Positions 60,759-64,000 of a stretch of DNA of 64,000 bases are shown one piece after another. Source of the DNA: Laetmonice hystrix (Eukaryota); assembly GCA_965235115.1 (NCBI GenBank), contig OZ249452.1, positions 13,640,001 through 13,704,000 on the forward strand, read 5' to 3'. The translations under genes and the position numbers were made by a program. Position 1 is the first letter of the stretch, and each line of letters starts with the position of its first letter. The notes under the pieces were generated by a model, which was not told the origin of the DNA, ran no database searches, and was given only the letters and a program-made list of their open reading frames with translations.

Positions 60759-63404
60759 ATGGACGCTCAGGTGAGTGTCAGTTTCTGCTGGAATGAGGGC
60801 TACATAACTGTCTATCAAATCTTAGAGTGACAAGTGTCTACCCATCACAGCCTGGGGTGAGAAGTACCTGTCCATCATATAGCCTGGGGTGAGAAGTCGC
60901 CATATAGCCTGGGGTGAGAAGTACCTGTCCATCATAGCCTGGGGTGAGAAGTCGCCATATAGCCTGGGGTGAGAAGTACCTGTCCATCATATAGCCTGGG
61001 GTGAGAAGTACCTGTCCATCATAGCCTGGGGTGAGAAGTCGCTATATAGCCTGGGGTGAGAAGTACCTGTCTATCATATAGCCTGGGGTGAGAAGTACCT
61101 GTCCATCATATAGCCTGGGGTGATAAGTACCTGTCCATCATATAGCCTGGGGTGAGACCTGTCCAACATATAGCCTTGGGTGAGAAGTCGCCATATCCTA
61201 GGGTGAGAATTACCTGTCCATCATATAGCCTGGGGTGAGAAGTACCTGTCCATCATATAGCCTGGGGTGAGACCTGTCCAACATATAGCCTTGGGTGAGA
61301 AGTCGCCATATCCTAGGGTGAGAAGTACCTGTCCATCATAGCCTGGGGTGAGAAGTACCTGTCCATCATATAGCCTGGGGTGAGAAGTACCTGTCCATCA
61401 TATAGCCTGGGGTGAGAAGTACCTGTCCATCATATAGCCTGGGGTGAGAAGTACCTGTCCATCATATAGCCTGGGGTGAGAAGTGTCTGTCCATCAAAAC
61501 CTGGGGTGAGAAGTACCTGTCCATCATATAGCCTGGGGTGAGAAGTACCTGTCCATCATATAGCCTGGGGTGAGAAGTACCTGTCCATCATATAGCCTGG
61601 GGTGAGAAGTACCTGTCCATCATATAGCCTGGGGTGAGAAGTACCTGTCCATCATATAGCCTGGGGTGAGAAGTGTCTGTCCATCATAGACTGGGGTGAG
61701 AAGTACCTGTCCATCATATAGCCTGGGGTGAGAAATACCTGTCCATCATATAGCCTGGGGTGAGAAGTACCTGTCCATCATATAGCCTGGGGTGAGAAGT
61801 ACCTGTCCATCATATAGCCTGGGGTGAGAAGTACCTGTCCATCATATAGCCTGGGGTGAGAAGTACCTGTCCATCATATAGCCTTGGGTGAGACCTGTCC
61901 ATCATATAGCCTGGGGTGAGAAATACCTGTCCATCATATAGCCTGGGGTGAGAAGTACCTGTCCATCATATAGCCTGGGGTGAGAAGTACCTGTCCATCA
62001 TATAGCCTGGGGTGAGAAGTACCTGTCCATCATATAGCCTTGGGTGAGACCTGTCCATCATATAGCCTGGGGTGAGAAGTACCTGTCCATCATATAGCCT
62101 GGGGTGAGAAGTACCTGTCCATCATATAGCCTTGGGTGAGACCTGTCCATCATATAGCCTGGGGTGAGAAATACCTGTCCATCATATAGCCTGGGGTGAG
62201 AAGTACCTGTCCATCATATAGCCTGGGGTGAGAAGTACCTGTCCATCATATAGCCTTGGGTGAGACCTGTCCATCATATAGCCTTGGATGAGAAGTACCA
62301 GTCCATCATATAGCCTGGGGTGAGAAGTACCTGTCCATCATATAGCCTGGGGTGAGAAGTACCTGTCCATCATATAGCCTGGGGTGAGAAGTACCTGTCC
62401 TAGTGTCCATCATAGACTGGGGTGACACCACTTGTCCACCAAACCCTGCACTGACATCCACTTGTCCACAAACCCTCAGGTGACACCATCTTATCCATCA
62501 AACCCTCAATTGACAACGACTTGTCCATCAACCCCTCAGGTGACATCAACCTGTATTCTTTACCCTGGTCCTGACCTAGTCACGTGGTAAGCCCCTCAGC
62601 TGGGTCAATATTTACAGCCAAACGATTGGTGCCATCGTAATTAGGGTAAACATACCGAACCGGTAACCTACTGCAACTTCTTTTACCTTGCTTATTAAAG
62701 GGTAGAACTCGATTCTTTTAAAGCAAAACGCCCAGTATTCTTAGCAGGTCACCAAAGAGACGTCGAAGACCCCTTGCTAGTCCTTTGAAAACAATGCATC
62801 ATGTCCCTACGTCTGAGTTCCTTCTGACCCAATCCTCCCATTATTAACACTCCCATATTGGACCCCTCCGCCAATACCGTCTACATGGTACTCGCATTTG
62901 CCTTCCTTCCTCCCATTGTCGGACACAAATTCCACGTATAATACTGAATTATGCCGAAATAGTCATTATTGTCTCTTAGGCGGGATGGCGTTAACATTTA
63001 TACCGCGTTTATTTGGTCTTTATTCTGTTGTTGATATCCCTCTTGGTAGCTATCCTGTTTTTCTTGGGAGAAAGTTGAACCCTTATTGACTCTTATTGAC
63101 AGGACACAAATTAACCAATAAATAATTCACCTAGTTCCATTACTGGGAAGGTCGGGAAATATAAAATAACAAGAATTCAGATAATACTTCCTTTACTTCC
63201 TCGTTCTATGGCGGGTCGAGACTGAACAAAGCTAGCGCGGAGTTGAGGGTCACCGCAAGGGATTGGGGGGGGGGGGGGGGGTAGGTCGGGGGAGTACCCT
63301 CCCCCCCCCCTCCGCGACCCTCCCCAGCTGTCAGCACGTACCTAACACACTACCACTGTACAGGACATGACACAGTCATCCAGCGTTTCTCACACCTGGT
63401 ACAG
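60759..63404 (+). CDS. Possible first coding exons of an unidentified gene running off the window
   Basis: Tentative join 60759-60770 (MDAQ|gtgagt), 62600-62636 and 63328-63404 (|gtaagc) gives MDAQLGQYLQPNDWCHPVSTYLTHYHCTGHDTVIQRFSHLVQ. The last exon has good splice sites; no family recognised. Confidence 0.3.
60845..62420. repeat. ~1.6 kb 32-bp satellite (atagcctggggtgagaagtacctgtccatcat), ~48 copies
   Basis: Direct tandem units with recurrent deletion variants. Confidence 0.97.
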
Positions 63405-64000
63405 GTAAGCAATTTACCAGGTAACAATAATGGGGCAGTGGACGGTTTGAAACTTCCCGCAAAATTGACCCGCTGGCGTTAAAGTTTAAACCATTTCAAA
63501 ATAACACCAACATTATATTTCAACTTTTCGGATGAAATAGTTGAGCCAAAGATGTTGTGTCGATATGATCCAATTTTCCATTTTAAAGTTATATAACTGT
63601 TAAAATATCAGACCGAGTTTCTCAGTGTATGACACCCCTTTGTATGAGAGAAGGGGCGGCCAACTGATGCCCAACTCTGTGACAATCAAGGCGGGCAAGC
63701 CAAGAGTCCCCCCCCCCCCACCCTCCCGACAGGCACCAATTAACAGAACCAATCAGTGGGGCCTACCCTCTGTGACTCTGCCAACAATATGAGGACGTTG
63801 GAGTCAGACGGCCGGTCTCACTGAGTCGTCAGCCACCACACTGCCACCTAGTGAGAGACACGTGTACTACTTAAGTCCTGCCAAGGTCCCTTGTCCGTGT
63901 CGCCTCAGATTTTTACTCTCAATGTAATAATGACCTTTGACCCCTCCGCCAATACCGTTTACATTATGGCACTCGCCTCGTCTGTACAAGTAACCATTCA

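Noticed and set aside
1566-63720. Numerous poly-G/poly-C tracts of 10-20 nt
   Set aside because: Scattered evenly with no positional pattern; lengths are also prone to sequencing error.

Overview
Intron-rich nuclear DNA from a bilaterian invertebrate animal; the species cannot be determined from the sequence. No rRNA, tRNA or CRISPR features were seen. Left to right: (1) the 3' part of a multiplexin (collagen XV/XVIII) gene on +, 16 exons, with Gly-X-Y segments, trimerization domain, Thr/Pro hinge and endostatin domain, stop at 6877; (2) a convergent 3-exon gene on - (13393-9845) encoding an unidentified 483-aa protein built from about 13 copies of one motif; (3) a repeat-rich 14-29 kb interval with probable exons of an unidentified minus-strand gene; (4) a tandem duplication carrying two intact 4-exon questin-oxidase-like (DUF4243) genes, each with a GC-AG intron, where comparing the copies exposes a 438-bp TIR element with a 9-bp TSD, a quadruplicated splice donor and a ~3 kb indel; (5) a nearly complete alsin (ALS2) gene on -, 32 mapped coding exons (58003-40285; RCC1, DH, PH, MORN, VPS9), first coding exon unresolved; (6) a probable divergent + gene starting near 60.5 kb. 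Introns hold many minisatellites, and at least eight repeat arrays contain copies of the adjacent real splice site. All exon calls and counts were made by eye.
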